Notes: generated by a model from the sequence alone, not told the origin. Shown: positions 1-10,142, counted from the first letter of the stretch. The stretch is 64,000 nt of DNA from Prevotella sp. (GCA_031285625.1 JAITVV010000053.1:35180-99179); one strand, 5' to 3'. Numbers and translations are program-made.

Positions 1-1
1 T

Positions 2-622
2 CCTCTGTTACACGAATTGGAGCCTCAGCTCGTATTCCTCGATGTGGAAATGCCTTTCGGAAATGCTTTCGACGTACTCGAAGCCAGCAAAGATCTGTAT
101 TTTGAGACTATTTTTGTTACTGCATTTTCTGAATATTCATTGCGGGCGCTTAATCAGAGTGCTGCTTATTACCTGCTTAAGCCTGTCAGTATAGAAGAAC
201 TGATACTTGCAGTAAACAAAGTTCAGCAGCATATTCTTAACAAGGAAATATTTGATCGAAACAAAGTACTTGTCGAAAACTTCCGTGAATCCCGGCCCGA
301 AAAACAGCAGGTAATTCTACCTACATTAGAAGGCTTTGAAGTGGTGAAAATGGAAGATATTGTTCGCCTGCAAGGCAATGGTAATTTTACGGATATCTAC
401 CTGAAGGACAAAAGTAAAAAAATGGTTTGCCGTTTTCTCAAGCATTTTAATGAAATACTGCCTTATCCCTTTATACGTGTACATAAATCACATATTATCA
501 ATTTCAACTTTGTGAAATCATACCACAAAAATTCGGGTGGTTATGTAACATTACTGGATGATACCGAGATTGAAATATCCTCCAGTTATAAAGAAGATTT
601 TTTGAGGCTGTTTAAGGCATAA
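2..622 (+). CDS. LytTR-family response regulator, 5'-truncated by the window edge
   Basis: Receiver motifs VFLDVEMP, FVTAF and YLLKP, plus LytTR motif FIRVHKSHIIN. The frame is open back to position 2. Confidence 0.92.
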   Translation, partial: PLLHELEPQLVFLDVEMPFGNAFDVLEASKDLYFETIFVTAFSEYSLRALNQSAAYYLLKPVSIEELILAVNKVQQHILNKEIFDRNKVLVENFRESRPEKQQVILPTLEGFEVVKMEDIVRLQGNGNFTDIYLKDKSKKMVCRFLKHFNEILPYPFIRVHKSHIINFNFVKSYHKNSGGYVTLLDDTEIEISSSYKEDFLRLFKA

Positions 623-634
623 CGATAAAAAGGA

Positions 635-791
635 AAAGAGGCTGTCCCAAAAGTAATTTTCGCTGTCTCTTTGTCATGTTGAACGGAGTGAAACATCTCG
701 TGACTGGAGGGTCGGGATTCTTCATTACATTCAGAATGACAAAGAGGGTAATACTTTGATAGTGCAGTTTTACTTTTGGGACAGCCTCTTT
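635..791. mobile_element. MITE-like element bounded by a perfect 22-bp inverted repeat and enclosing REP doublet 1
   Basis: AAAGAGGCTGTCCCAAAAGTAA at 635-656 and its exact reverse complement at 770-791, between convergent genes. Confidence 0.55.
667..746. repeat. TGTC-tagged REP-like doublet 1
   Basis: ctctttgtcATGTTgaacggagtgaAACATctc ... gggATTCTtcattacattcAGAATgacaaagag. Confidence 0.9.
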
Positions 792-829
792 ATGTTCTTC
801 AAGGTATTATTTGAGAAATTAATCTATTT

Positions 830-1765
830 TTACTTCCAACCTTCTTTTGTTGGCTTTACTTTCTTAATTGTTCCATCAGCGTTATAATATAGCTTATCTA
901 CACATATAGAGCGCAAGTTTCCTTTTCCCGACAAGTCGCTGTTGTGATAGAAACCGTACCACTGACCTTTATATTCTACTATCGAGCCATGATTGGTGTC
1001 GCAGTTGGTAGGATCCATATAGATACCCTGATATTTCCAAGGGCCTAACGGGCTTTTGCTCGTTGCATATTTTTTTCTGTTGGCTCCCGGATTATTATCA
1101 GAATAAGAAAGATAATAAGTATCCTTGTATTTGTGTACCCATGTGGCTTCATGAAAATCATCAAGGCCTGCCATCTCTTGTAGTTCACCGTCCAGTTCTA
1201 CCATATTTTCTTTCATTTTGGCACCTTTGCAACGGCCACCGCCACCATAGTAGAAATATGCCTGACCGTCATCATCTACAAAGACACAAGGGTCTATCAT
1301 TGCAAAGTTGTCACTACCGAGATCAAGATAACCCTGAACCTGAAAATCGCTGGCTGGCTTGTTACTTGTAGCTATTCCAACTTTCCATGTCTTATTCCAC
1401 TCTGTTCCGCTGGGGTGAGGGAAGTAGAAATAATAGGTTCCGTTCCTGTAAGCACAGTCAGGCGCCCACATGAAACCGCCTTCGGGTCTTCCCCACGACA
1501 CCTGGCTCGAACGCAGTATTTCTCCGTGGTCTACCCAGTTCACCATATCGTCTGTAGAGAATACATGGTACTGGTCCATCAGGTCGCAACCTTTTGGTGG
1601 AGCAATATCATGAGATGCATATACATACAATCGTCCATCGTCCCACACATGTGCCGAAGGGTCGGCCGTGAACATATGGCGAATAAAAGGGTTTTTCTGG
1701 CTGTAGCTATTGATAGCCATTAGGGAAAATACTAAAAAGCTTAAAGTTAATAACGTCTTTCTCAT
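830..1765 (-). CDS. GH43 glycoside hydrolase (xylosidase/arabinofuranosidase-like), secreted
   Basis: TADP, WAPD, MIDP and FHEA catalytic motifs; N-terminal signal peptide. Confidence 0.9.
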   Translation of the reverse strand: MRKTLLTLSFLVFSLMAINSYSQKNPFIRHMFTADPSAHVWDDGRLYVYASHDIAPPKGCDLMDQYHVFSTDDMVNWVDHGEILRSSQVSWGRPEGGFMWAPDCAYRNGTYYFYFPHPSGTEWNKTWKVGIATSNKPASDFQVQGYLDLGSDNFAMIDPCVFVDDDGQAYFYYGGGGRCKGAKMKENMVELDGELQEMAGLDDFHEATWVHKYKDTYYLSYSDNNPGANRKKYATSKSPLGPWKYQGIYMDPTNCDTNHGSIVEYKGQWYGFYHNSDLSGKGNLRSICVDKLYYNADGTIKKVKPTKEGWK

Positions 1766-1817
1766 CGTTTTTTATTAATTATTTGTTTTGTGTTATATTT
1801 ATTAATTTACACATTGA

Positions 1818-3128
1818 TTACTTTCTCACAGGCATCTTTTCACTGTAGCCATTATCTCCGTTAAACCATTTGGCGGCTTCGCCTGATAGCCACAAGTAAT
1901 GGTCGCTTGGCAGGTTATCTTCTATTCCCACGAATTTAAAGCCCGAAGCGTTTTTAGGTACTTCATTCTGTCTTAGGCATTTGAATAATGCCGTGCCCTC
2001 ATCTATCTCGTCAAACATAGCCAAATATAAAGATTCAGCACCTGCTTTGCGGGCTCCCGCTATCTGCCGCCACAGGAATTCACCACCATGGCGGGGTATT
2101 TCATCATACAGTGAAGCATTTTTTCTCATATTGCCCCAACTGAATCCGGGAAATGCCAGCGGTACATAATCCACATTATTGTTTTTGCACCACTCTATGT
2201 CTTGCTGCACGGTATTGGTATTATAGTTTTTCAGGCTATAACGTCCTACAGCCCATGGCATAATAATGTCTACTGATTTTATTAATTCATGCAGTTGCGT
2301 GTCTTTTTCAGTATCGTTGCCCAGTGTCCTCCAGTAATATGGAACGCCCAGCATAATGGATACTTTGTTATTATCACCTCTCAGTTTCTTTACCAGATCG
2401 GCTATATCCTGGGTTGTATATTTTCTCCCGTCATTGAATCCTACACCCCAGATAACGACTAATGGTTTGCCATTATGCCGCAGGTAATTCGGATTCGTTT
2501 TATTGTTAAACAAGTCATAATCTTTTACCAGTTTTTCAAAGTCGTTGACAATGATATCCAATTCCGAACCTTTACTTCCCGATAGGTCATACATCACACA
2601 GATTGCCCTGTTGTACTTATTCGCTGCTTTCAGGGCGTTTTCAAAGACCTTGGTTATCTGTGCGCGTTTGTCTTTTACAGTAACGAGGAAGCGCTGCATA
2701 AAGACACCGTTCAAACCATATTCCTTCATCCATTTGAAATGCAGGTCGACAGTAGATTCATCCTGCGGACTGAATACATGTGCTTTATTCCCGTTAGGAA
2801 AAGAAAAGGGTGTTTCATATGTTTTTTCATATTCGGATACATCGGGCCAGAAATCGACAGTAGCAAAGCCCGGTTCGAATTTTCCGTTCTGATTGTAGTG
2901 CGTCCAGCCGCTATTGGCTCCGTCTCCCTGAGCAGTGAACCAACCCTGATAGCCTGCCATCGCCAATCCTTTGTAGCTTGTATAATTACAACCCGTTTCG
3001 TCATATTTTGCTTCCTCTATAGGCTGCTGAGGTTTCTCTTCCTCTGGTTTATTGTTGCCTCTGTTTGCACAAGACATTAGGGCGAAAGAAATCAGAAGTG
3101 CTGATATAAATAACTCGTATTTCTTCAT
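1818..3128 (-). CDS. GH71/GH99-like glycoside hydrolase lipoprotein
   Basis: MAGYQGWF, HFKWMKEYG and AMFDEIDEGT (ExxE) motifs; lipobox LMSC. Confidence 0.75.
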   Translation of the reverse strand: MKKYELFISALLISFALMSCANRGNNKPEEEKPQQPIEEAKYDETGCNYTSYKGLAMAGYQGWFTAQGDGANSGWTHYNQNGKFEPGFATVDFWPDVSEYEKTYETPFSFPNGNKAHVFSPQDESTVDLHFKWMKEYGLNGVFMQRFLVTVKDKRAQITKVFENALKAANKYNRAICVMYDLSGSKGSELDIIVNDFEKLVKDYDLFNNKTNPNYLRHNGKPLVVIWGVGFNDGRKYTTQDIADLVKKLRGDNNKVSIMLGVPYYWRTLGNDTEKDTQLHELIKSVDIIMPWAVGRYSLKNYNTNTVQQDIEWCKNNNVDYVPLAFPGFSWGNMRKNASLYDEIPRHGGEFLWRQIAGARKAGAESLYLAMFDEIDEGTALFKCLRQNEVPKNASGFKFVGIEDNLPSDHYLWLSGEAAKWFNGDNGYSEKMPVRK

Positions 3129-3179
3129 TATTATATTGATGTTTATTTCAAGATTAACACGTTTTTTGGTAACCTGTAA

Positions 3180-4133
3180 CTATTTTGTTTGTTTTACCAT
3201 TTGTATTGTCCCATCTTCATTGTAGTAGAGCTTATCTACACAAGCAGAACGTAGCCAGTCATTAAACTCCCCGTTCTTTTCAGATAATGAACTGTCATGG
3301 TAAAAAGAATACCATTGACCTTTATATTCGACAATAGAGCCATGATTGGTATAACTGTTTGTCGGCTCCATATAAATGCCCTGATGTTTCCATGGGCCTA
3401 ACGGACTGCTACTGGTTGCATAACGCATACGGTTATCGCCTTTTACACCATCATTCCAGTTCTCATCATGGTTATCCGAATAAGAAAGGTAATAGATCCC
3501 ATTGCGTTTATGTACCCATGCCGCTTCGTGGAAATCTTCGAGGCCTTCCATCTTTTGCAGCTCGCCATCTACTTCCATCATATTGTCTTTCAGTTTACCG
3601 CCGAGGCAAGTTCCTCCGCCACCCTGATAGATATAAGCCTGACCATCATCGTCTATAAATACATTCGGATCGATATGAGATTGCATGCCCTTTACATAGC
3701 CCTGTACTACAAAGTCTTTTGCCGGATATTTGCTTGTAGCAACCCCTATTTTCCAACTTTTTCCAGTATTTGTTTCACTGGGATGAGGAAAGAAGAAATA
3801 ATATGTTCCATCTTTATACGCACAGTCCGGTGCCCACATAAAACCACCTTCGGGACGACCCCAGGGTACCTGGCTCGAACGGAGTATTTCGCCGTGGTCT
3901 ACCCAGTTGACCATATCATCCGTAGAGAATACATGATACTGATCCATCAGGTCGCAGCCGCGCGGCGGGGCTATATCATGCGAAGCGTATACATACAGGC
4001 GTCCGTCTGCCCATACACGCGCCGAAGGGTCGGCAGTGTACATATGTTGTATAAATGGATTCTTTTGGCTGTAGCTGTTACAGGATAAGAGGGTAAATAC
4101 AGCAAAACATGCTGCGAAGAGTGCTTTTTTCAT
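3180..4133 (-). CDS. GH43 glycoside hydrolase, close paralog of 830-1765, possible lipoprotein
   Basis: TADP, WAPD, HIDP and FHEA motifs; LLSC lipobox-like signal. Confidence 0.9.
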   Translation of the reverse strand: MKKALFAACFAVFTLLSCNSYSQKNPFIQHMYTADPSARVWADGRLYVYASHDIAPPRGCDLMDQYHVFSTDDMVNWVDHGEILRSSQVPWGRPEGGFMWAPDCAYKDGTYYFFFPHPSETNTGKSWKIGVATSKYPAKDFVVQGYVKGMQSHIDPNVFIDDDGQAYIYQGGGGTCLGGKLKDNMMEVDGELQKMEGLEDFHEAAWVHKRNGIYYLSYSDNHDENWNDGVKGDNRMRYATSSSPLGPWKHQGIYMEPTNSYTNHGSIVEYKGQWYSFYHDSSLSEKNGEFNDWLRSACVDKLYYNEDGTIQMVKQTK

Positions 4134-4152
4134 TGAGTGTCATGTTATGTTT

Positions 4153-5826
4153 TTAATCAAATATATTTTTGTTGTTATATGTTGCGCTTTCCACAGGGAT
4201 AACTTTAATTCTTATGATAGTGACCAGATTCTGATTAGCATCTTCGCTCAGGTAAACAGGAGGTATCTTTACGCCGCCTACACCCTGCATAGCCTCATCG
4301 CCTCCCAGGTATTTTGTGGTTTTCCATTCACCGTCTTTATAGTAGCCCTCCCGGATAGTACCATAACTGATGCCCGGAAGGTTTTTATCTTTAGACTGGA
4401 AAGATACATCGGCACCATTACCCGCAATCAGAAACTCGTCTGCGGAAAGCCGTATCGCCAGTCCGTAGCCCTGGTAAGGATAATTGTAATGTATATTTAT
4501 ATCGTAATCTCCAAAATCTATTTTGTCGGACTTGTTGTCTCCCTGCTGCATAAAGCCTTTCATATTGCCGGAGCCGTGTTCTTTTGCCATTAGCGGCATC
4601 AGGTTGTCCAGCACACGGTATGCGTCTTTCAGCGGATGCTTTTCGTCATATACATCATTATCGATAGCAAAGGGAGAAAATCCAAGCGCATTGAACTCGC
4701 TCAGTGTATAGAATGCCTTTGCAGGGCCGCTCCATTTCTCGCCACGCCAGAGGGCAACAGCTTCGGGTACGAAAACCGGATTACCGTTCCTGTTGTATTG
4801 GCGTAACTGCGATACATAATCATCATTGTAGTTGTCGATAGCTAGGAAATCCACGGATGGAGCAGCCAACTGATAAATGTCGAGCATCCGGTGGTTAGGC
4901 CCTCCGCTGGGGTAATTGCCGGGATTTGGGTCTTCCGGGTAAATCGTCCATGCGTTTACGAACAGCGGTATGGGGTAATCTCGTTTTCCTTCGGCTGCCA
5001 ACTGTTCTACAAAGCGGGCATAGTACCAGCCCATAAACAGCTCATCGGCAAGCCTGTTGCTATCATTACCGAACAGTTCGAGCCAGTTACCTTTTGCCTT
5101 TTTTCCGTGAGCCTTCCACTGGTTTATTATTTCAGGTAATATCTGTTTTTCGTTCTTTTGTAGGTATTGTATCAGTTTGCCTGGAACTTCTTTCCTGAAT
5201 AGTTCTTCCGCAGTAGCAGAACGGTCGCGGCTGTCTCCCAACAACCCTATTTCGTTTTCTATCTGTACCATAAGCACGGTGTGTTCTTTGCTGTCAATCT
5301 GTTTGATGAAATTCATCAGGGCGCCGAATGCTTTGGTGTCGGCTTTTGCCAGATTTTCGCTGTAGTTAGCCAGGAACGGACGATTTTCTCCCTTATCCGT
5401 TTTCATCCGCGGGAATCTTTTGGTGTCCCTCATAATCCAGTGCGGAGCATATCCCGACGAACCGTTTTTCCAACTGCCAAACCACAGGAAGACAAGCTTC
5501 AGGTCGTGTTTACGCGCTTCTTTAATCAGCCCTTCCACAATGGAAAAGTCATACTGCCCTTCCTCCGGTTCTATTTGTTCCCAGGCAACAGTCGCCAATA
5601 CCGTATTCAGATTGAGTGTTTTGAGGCGTTCCCATTTTGGCGCCATGCTTTCCAGTGTAGAGGCACTCGAATTCATCAGTTCGCCGGCAAGCATGATATA
5701 CGGCTTATCATTTACAATAAGCTGGACTATGTTGTTTTTATTCCTTTTCAGGTGCGGAATCTGCTGACCGTATACAAATCCGGCCGAGAAAAGGAACAGA
5801 AGGATAGAAGTTATGGCTTTTTGCAT
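4153..5826 (-). CDS. GH35-like beta-galactosidase with DUF5597 C-terminus
   Basis: LAGELMNSS, WEQIEPEEG, WFGSWKNG, VQIENE (acid/base) and FVPE (nucleophile). Confidence 0.8.
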   Translation of the reverse strand: MQKAITSILLFLFSAGFVYGQQIPHLKRNKNNIVQLIVNDKPYIMLAGELMNSSASTLESMAPKWERLKTLNLNTVLATVAWEQIEPEEGQYDFSIVEGLIKEARKHDLKLVFLWFGSWKNGSSGYAPHWIMRDTKRFPRMKTDKGENRPFLANYSENLAKADTKAFGALMNFIKQIDSKEHTVLMVQIENEIGLLGDSRDRSATAEELFRKEVPGKLIQYLQKNEKQILPEIINQWKAHGKKAKGNWLELFGNDSNRLADELFMGWYYARFVEQLAAEGKRDYPIPLFVNAWTIYPEDPNPGNYPSGGPNHRMLDIYQLAAPSVDFLAIDNYNDDYVSQLRQYNRNGNPVFVPEAVALWRGEKWSGPAKAFYTLSEFNALGFSPFAIDNDVYDEKHPLKDAYRVLDNLMPLMAKEHGSGNMKGFMQQGDNKSDKIDFGDYDINIHYNYPYQGYGLAIRLSADEFLIAGNGADVSFQSKDKNLPGISYGTIREGYYKDGEWKTTKYLGGDEAMQGVGGVKIPPVYLSEDANQNLVTIIRIKVIPVESATYNNKNIFD

Positions 5827-5882
5827 TTTATTATTTGGTTTCTTGTTATGGGAGATTTGTCATTTCTCCCTTTTTATTCCTA

Positions 5883-5957
5883 TTTGTCATTTTGAACGAA
5901 GTGAAAAATCCCGTGGCTCATGAGAAACGAGATTCTTCGTTTCACTCAGAATGACAA
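5883..5957. repeat. REP-like doublet 2, overlapping the stop codon of the esterase gene
   Basis: tttgtcATTTTgaacgaagtgaAAAATccc ... gagATTCTtcgtttcactcAGAATgacaa. Confidence 0.9.
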
Positions 5958-7348
5958 TTCGCTTTCAAAATAAAATCCACTATAGGCGCCGGATTCGGAA
6001 AACTATGCGGGTGATGTTTAAACCCGTGCTTCATCATCACCGTAATATTTCCGCCTGCCTCTTTTATTTTTCGTTCAAACTCTAAAGTCTGGGTAGGCGA
6101 TACGGCTTCGTCCTGGTCGGCACAAAGGATAAGTATCGGGTACTTTCCTTTCACTATTTCCTGTATCTTATCCATCGGGCTTCCTTTGAAGTTGCGGATA
6201 TCGTCCCGTGTTTTCAGTCCATACGCCGCCATAAAGTTCCTTGTCATCTCTCCCAGGTCTTCACCTTCCTTGTCAGCCAGATAGCGGCAGTCGAGCAGGG
6301 GATTGTCCACATATATACAACTCACCTTATCCGGATTGGCCGCTGCCCAGCAGAACGAATACATCGCACCGCGGCTCATGCCTTCCATTGTGCTTTTCTT
6401 TGATAAACCCGCCTTTGTCAATAGTTTATGAAAATCTGACCAGATAGACAGGGCTTCGGCGTTTCCCATCAGTTCGGCTACATCGCAGTAAACCAGATGG
6501 TATCCTCTTTCGAGTAAGGCAATATCGGTCTGTGGCTCGTGTGCCCAGAAGCGTGTACGCCATATCCACGGTTTGCCTTTAGCGGCAACTTTAGGTTTAA
6601 CTACCTTGCACTCTCTGCCTCTTAGTTTGAAGTCGGCACATGAATATCCTTTAAAATTACTGATAGTGTATGCCGTTTTTAGCTTGCTTAGTATATCGAA
6701 TCCTTTATCTGTTTTCAGTGTAACCTGGTCATATAACCTTTTGGCGATAATGCCCGAACCCTCATCATTGGGGTGTATCTTGTCCGGAAATAAATCAGGT
6801 CTGTTAATCAGTAATGAGTGCATATCCAGCACTTCCACGTTTTCATTATATGCGACTTGCTGGATTGCCGGGATAATATCGTTCACTATCACCGGATCCC
6901 ATATCTGGTTGTTATCCGTTTCGAAAGAGACAAACGGCAGCATCAGGATAATACGCGGTTTTGAAGGCAGGTCTCTGAAAGCATTTACCATATCGCTGCA
7001 ATCTTTTGCAAACTCGCTCATATGCACCCTGTTGACGGCTTTGGCATCGTTTCCGCCCAAATCGATAAAGACAATGTCGGGACTGCTGTTCAATGCTTTC
7101 TGGTAAGCTTCTGTATTCCGATACGGATGGTCACCCTTGCGCAGCATCGTGCAACTGCTTACCCCGCAATTGATTATCTGATACTTGTCTCCCAATAGGC
7201 TGCCCAGTTGCGCAGGGTAGGAATCTTTCTTCGGGTCGGTGGTCAATGCCCCTTCGGTGATACTGGCTCCTACACAGACTATTTTGGTCTGTGCGTGGGT
7301 AATTATTACCAGAAGAAAGCAGGATAAGAGAGTCAATATATATTTCAT
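5942..7348 (-). CDS. Two-domain esterase: SGNH/GDSL domain plus alpha/beta hydrolase domain (putative carbohydrate esterase)
   Basis: GASIT, GGND and DKIH motifs, then GMSRG, D and HHPH. Start moved to ATG 7348 (MKYILTLL signal) because the listed TTG start lies in a REP. Confidence 0.8.
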   Translation of the reverse strand: MKYILTLLSCFLLVIITHAQTKIVCVGASITEGALTTDPKKDSYPAQLGSLLGDKYQIINCGVSSCTMLRKGDHPYRNTEAYQKALNSSPDIVFIDLGGNDAKAVNRVHMSEFAKDCSDMVNAFRDLPSKPRIILMLPFVSFETDNNQIWDPVIVNDIIPAIQQVAYNENVEVLDMHSLLINRPDLFPDKIHPNDEGSGIIAKRLYDQVTLKTDKGFDILSKLKTAYTISNFKGYSCADFKLRGRECKVVKPKVAAKGKPWIWRTRFWAHEPQTDIALLERGYHLVYCDVAELMGNAEALSIWSDFHKLLTKAGLSKKSTMEGMSRGAMYSFCWAAANPDKVSCIYVDNPLLDCRYLADKEGEDLGEMTRNFMAAYGLKTRDDIRNFKGSPMDKIQEIVKGKYPILILCADQDEAVSPTQTLEFERKIKEAGGNITVMMKHGFKHHPHSFPNPAPIVDFILKANCHSE

Positions 7349-7364
7349 GTTATTTTTTATTTCT

Positions 7365-7458
7365 TCTTTGTCATTCTGAGTGTAACGAAGAATCTCGACT
7401 CTCAAAAGATAGAGTCAAACAGGAAAGAGATTCTTCACTCCGTTCAGAATGACAAAGA
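7365..7458. repeat. REP-like doublet 3
   Basis: tctttgtcATTCTgagtgtaacgaAGAATctc-spacer-gagATTCTtcactccgttcAGAATgacaaaga. Confidence 0.92.
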
Positions 7459-7469
7459 GATGAATGATT

Positions 7470-10142
7470 TTATTCTACCACATTTATTGTCTGGGTTAAA
7501 TGTATATTATTCGAAGAACTACCCACCATTATTTCAAATTCACCCGGTTCTACTACCCGTTTCATCTCCGTGTTAATCAGTGATAGATGTTCCGGCTTGA
7601 GGGTTATCGTAACCTCTTTGCTTTCTCCTGCTTTCAGAAAGACGTTGGCAAAACCTTTGAGTAGTTTTACAGGAGTAGCTACACTGCTTACCTTATCATT
7701 AATATAGAGTTGTACTACTTCCGCACCATCCACGCTGCCTGTATTCCGCAGGTTGATAGTCACGGTGATATTATCGGTTGTTTTCGCGTTTTCCGGTTGT
7801 ACACTCAGTGTTGAATAAGTGAAATTGGTATAGCTTAATCCATATCCGAATTCGTATAAAGGGTCGCCGTTTCCATCCACATACCTGCGGCTGGCAGATG
7901 GTTTCTTTGAATAATAGATAGGTAATGTTCCCTGTTCTTTCGGAAAACTGATACTTAATTTACCCGAAGGATTATAATCACCCCATATCACATCGGCTAC
8001 GGCATCACCTCCCGCTTCGCCCGGATACCACGCTTGCAGCAATGCATTTGAATTTTCAGCAATTTCGGTGAGTACCAGCGGACGGCCTGTCAACATAACT
8101 GTTACCACAGGTTTGTTTGCCTGTTTTGCCGTTTTAATGATGTTGAGGTCTGCCTGATGCGGATACAGGTTTTGCCTGTCACGGCTTTCACCCACTTCGC
8201 TGTCGGTTTCGCCAATTACGACAATAGTAACATCCGAAGCAGCGGAAGCGCGGGCTACATCCCTGAATAAGGATGATGATGTAAGCTGTGTCATTCTCCA
8301 ACGCAGATTGACAAAGGCAATGTCTTCTATCTCTGCGTATTCCAACCGGATAGGTATCTGCTTGCCACTTGTGAGGCTTATTTTTTTACTAAGCGTTTGT
8401 TTTACTTTCTCTTCACCCCAACAGTCGATAAACAACTCGTTATTTATATACACACGCGCATAATCATCCGCGTTTAGCTGAAACTCATATTCACCGGTTA
8501 CCGGAGCAGTGATATAGCCACTCCAGCGCACGGAAAAGTTATCCGAATTGACACCCGGTGCAGGGCTGAGGTTGTGCCAGTAAACCGAAAGATTATCATT
8601 TATATCCGTATAGACAGGATTTCCTTCGAAGTTAATATTGTTGAAGAATGCAATATCCAGTCCGTTCTTTTCCTTATCTGAGTCTGGCGTCAGGGCTGTA
8701 GAAGGTATATTGGCAAAGCGTTCGGAGATATCACTGTTCACGAAATTTATCTTTACATCTTCACCGAAACGCTTTTTCAGAGCCTGATAGACTGTCACCC
8801 CTTTTGCTCCGGCAGGGGAATATCCCCCGAGAGAAGACACATTTGCAAGATTGCCGACAAGGGCGATAGATTTTATATCTTTTTTCAGAGGGAGAACGCC
8901 ATCTTTGTTTTCAAGCAATACGATTGATTTGCGGGCTGCTTCGAGTGCGAGCTTCTGATGTTCCTCACTCCTGTATACTTTCGCAGCCAGTGTTTCGTCC
9001 GTATATGGATTATCGAATAGTCCGAGTTCAAATTTTACCCGTAATACTCCGGCTACTGCCCTGTTCAGGTCTTTTTCGGATAATCTACCCTCCTTAACTG
9101 CTTTTGCCACTGTGTTTTGGAAAACATCATGCGGGTAGTCGTAGAACTGCATATCCAGTCCGGCGGCTATTGATTTGATAATCGCTTCTTCTCCATCGGC
9201 AACAGTATGGTGGTCTTTATATTGTTTGGCAATGGCTCCGAGGTCGGATACTACAAAGCCGTCGAATCCCCATTCGTCCCTCAGTATTGTTTTCAACAGC
9301 CACGGGTCGGCAATAGCCGGAACGCCGTCCCTCTCGTGATAAGCAGCCATTATTCCTTTGGCTTTGGCCTCGGTAACGGCTTTTTCAAATATATACAGGT
9401 GTGTCGAACGAGCTTCGCGTTCCCCGATAAATACAGGGGCTGTGTTTACGCCGCCTTCGGGTATGCCGTGAATGGCAAAATGCTTCGGTTCGGCAACCAC
9501 TGTATTATTGTCTTTCAGGCTGTTCCCCTGCATTCCCTTGATAAGGCTGACCGCATAGCGTGATGACAGGTAAGGGTCTTCTCCAAATGTTTCTTCGGTG
9601 CGCCCCCAGCGTATATCGCGTGCCAGGTCGAGATTAGGCCCCAGAATGAAATGTACGCCATGTGCCCGGGCTTCGGCAGCGATGGCTTTACCTATATTAT
9701 TTACCAATATGGTATCCCATGAAGATGAGTTACCGATAGGGGTAGGAAACGTCGTGGCTCCCGCCCCCTGGTATCCGTGTAGTGCTTCTTCGATGAAAAT
9801 AACAGGAATCCCTAAACGTGAGTTTTCGATGGCACGTTTTTGTACGGCATTGGCTATGGCCGCTGTCTTCGGATAAAAGTCGTGAATGGATCCGATGCAC
9901 ATGGAGTCGATAAAGAAGGCTGCTTCTTTTTCTTTCAGCTTATCCGGCCCATCCAGAATATCGTTAGCCGAAAGCATGTCCAGTTGGGCGGCTTTCTCTT
10001 CCAGTGTCATTCGCGACAATAAATCATTTACCCTGTCCTCCACAGGTGCATTCGCATCTTTGTAAACCGGGTTGTCGGAACATCCCGCGCTGAAGAGCAA
10101 GAGCGATAAAAATGCCGTGCATATAAGATTCCTTTTTTTCAT
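7470..10142 (-). CDS. GH3 beta-glycosidase with PA14 insert and Fn3-like domain
   Basis: RDIRWGRTEETFGEDP, PKHF and GFVVSD (nucleophile); PA14 motif FSVRWSG. Confidence 0.92.
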   Translation of the reverse strand: MKKRNLICTAFLSLLLFSAGCSDNPVYKDANAPVEDRVNDLLSRMTLEEKAAQLDMLSANDILDGPDKLKEKEAAFFIDSMCIGSIHDFYPKTAAIANAVQKRAIENSRLGIPVIFIEEALHGYQGAGATTFPTPIGNSSSWDTILVNNIGKAIAAEARAHGVHFILGPNLDLARDIRWGRTEETFGEDPYLSSRYAVSLIKGMQGNSLKDNNTVVAEPKHFAIHGIPEGGVNTAPVFIGEREARSTHLYIFEKAVTEAKAKGIMAAYHERDGVPAIADPWLLKTILRDEWGFDGFVVSDLGAIAKQYKDHHTVADGEEAIIKSIAAGLDMQFYDYPHDVFQNTVAKAVKEGRLSEKDLNRAVAGVLRVKFELGLFDNPYTDETLAAKVYRSEEHQKLALEAARKSIVLLENKDGVLPLKKDIKSIALVGNLANVSSLGGYSPAGAKGVTVYQALKKRFGEDVKINFVNSDISERFANIPSTALTPDSDKEKNGLDIAFFNNINFEGNPVYTDINDNLSVYWHNLSPAPGVNSDNFSVRWSGYITAPVTGEYEFQLNADDYARVYINNELFIDCWGEEKVKQTLSKKISLTSGKQIPIRLEYAEIEDIAFVNLRWRMTQLTSSSLFRDVARASAASDVTIVVIGETDSEVGESRDRQNLYPHQADLNIIKTAKQANKPVVTVMLTGRPLVLTEIAENSNALLQAWYPGEAGGDAVADVIWGDYNPSGKLSISFPKEQGTLPIYYSKKPSASRRYVDGNGDPLYEFGYGLSYTNFTYSTLSVQPENAKTTDNITVTINLRNTGSVDGAEVVQLYINDKVSSVATPVKLLKGFANVFLKAGESKEVTITLKPEHLSLINTEMKRVVEPGEFEIMVGSSSNNIHLTQTINVVE

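Noticed and set aside
7349-7405. N-terminal extensions MRVEILR... (also 15465-15521) and MTKRQVQ... (12730-12762)
   Set aside because: These starts fall inside REP sequence, and the downstream ATGs give normal signal peptides. REP-to-start distances vary among copies, so the in-frame cases look coincidental.
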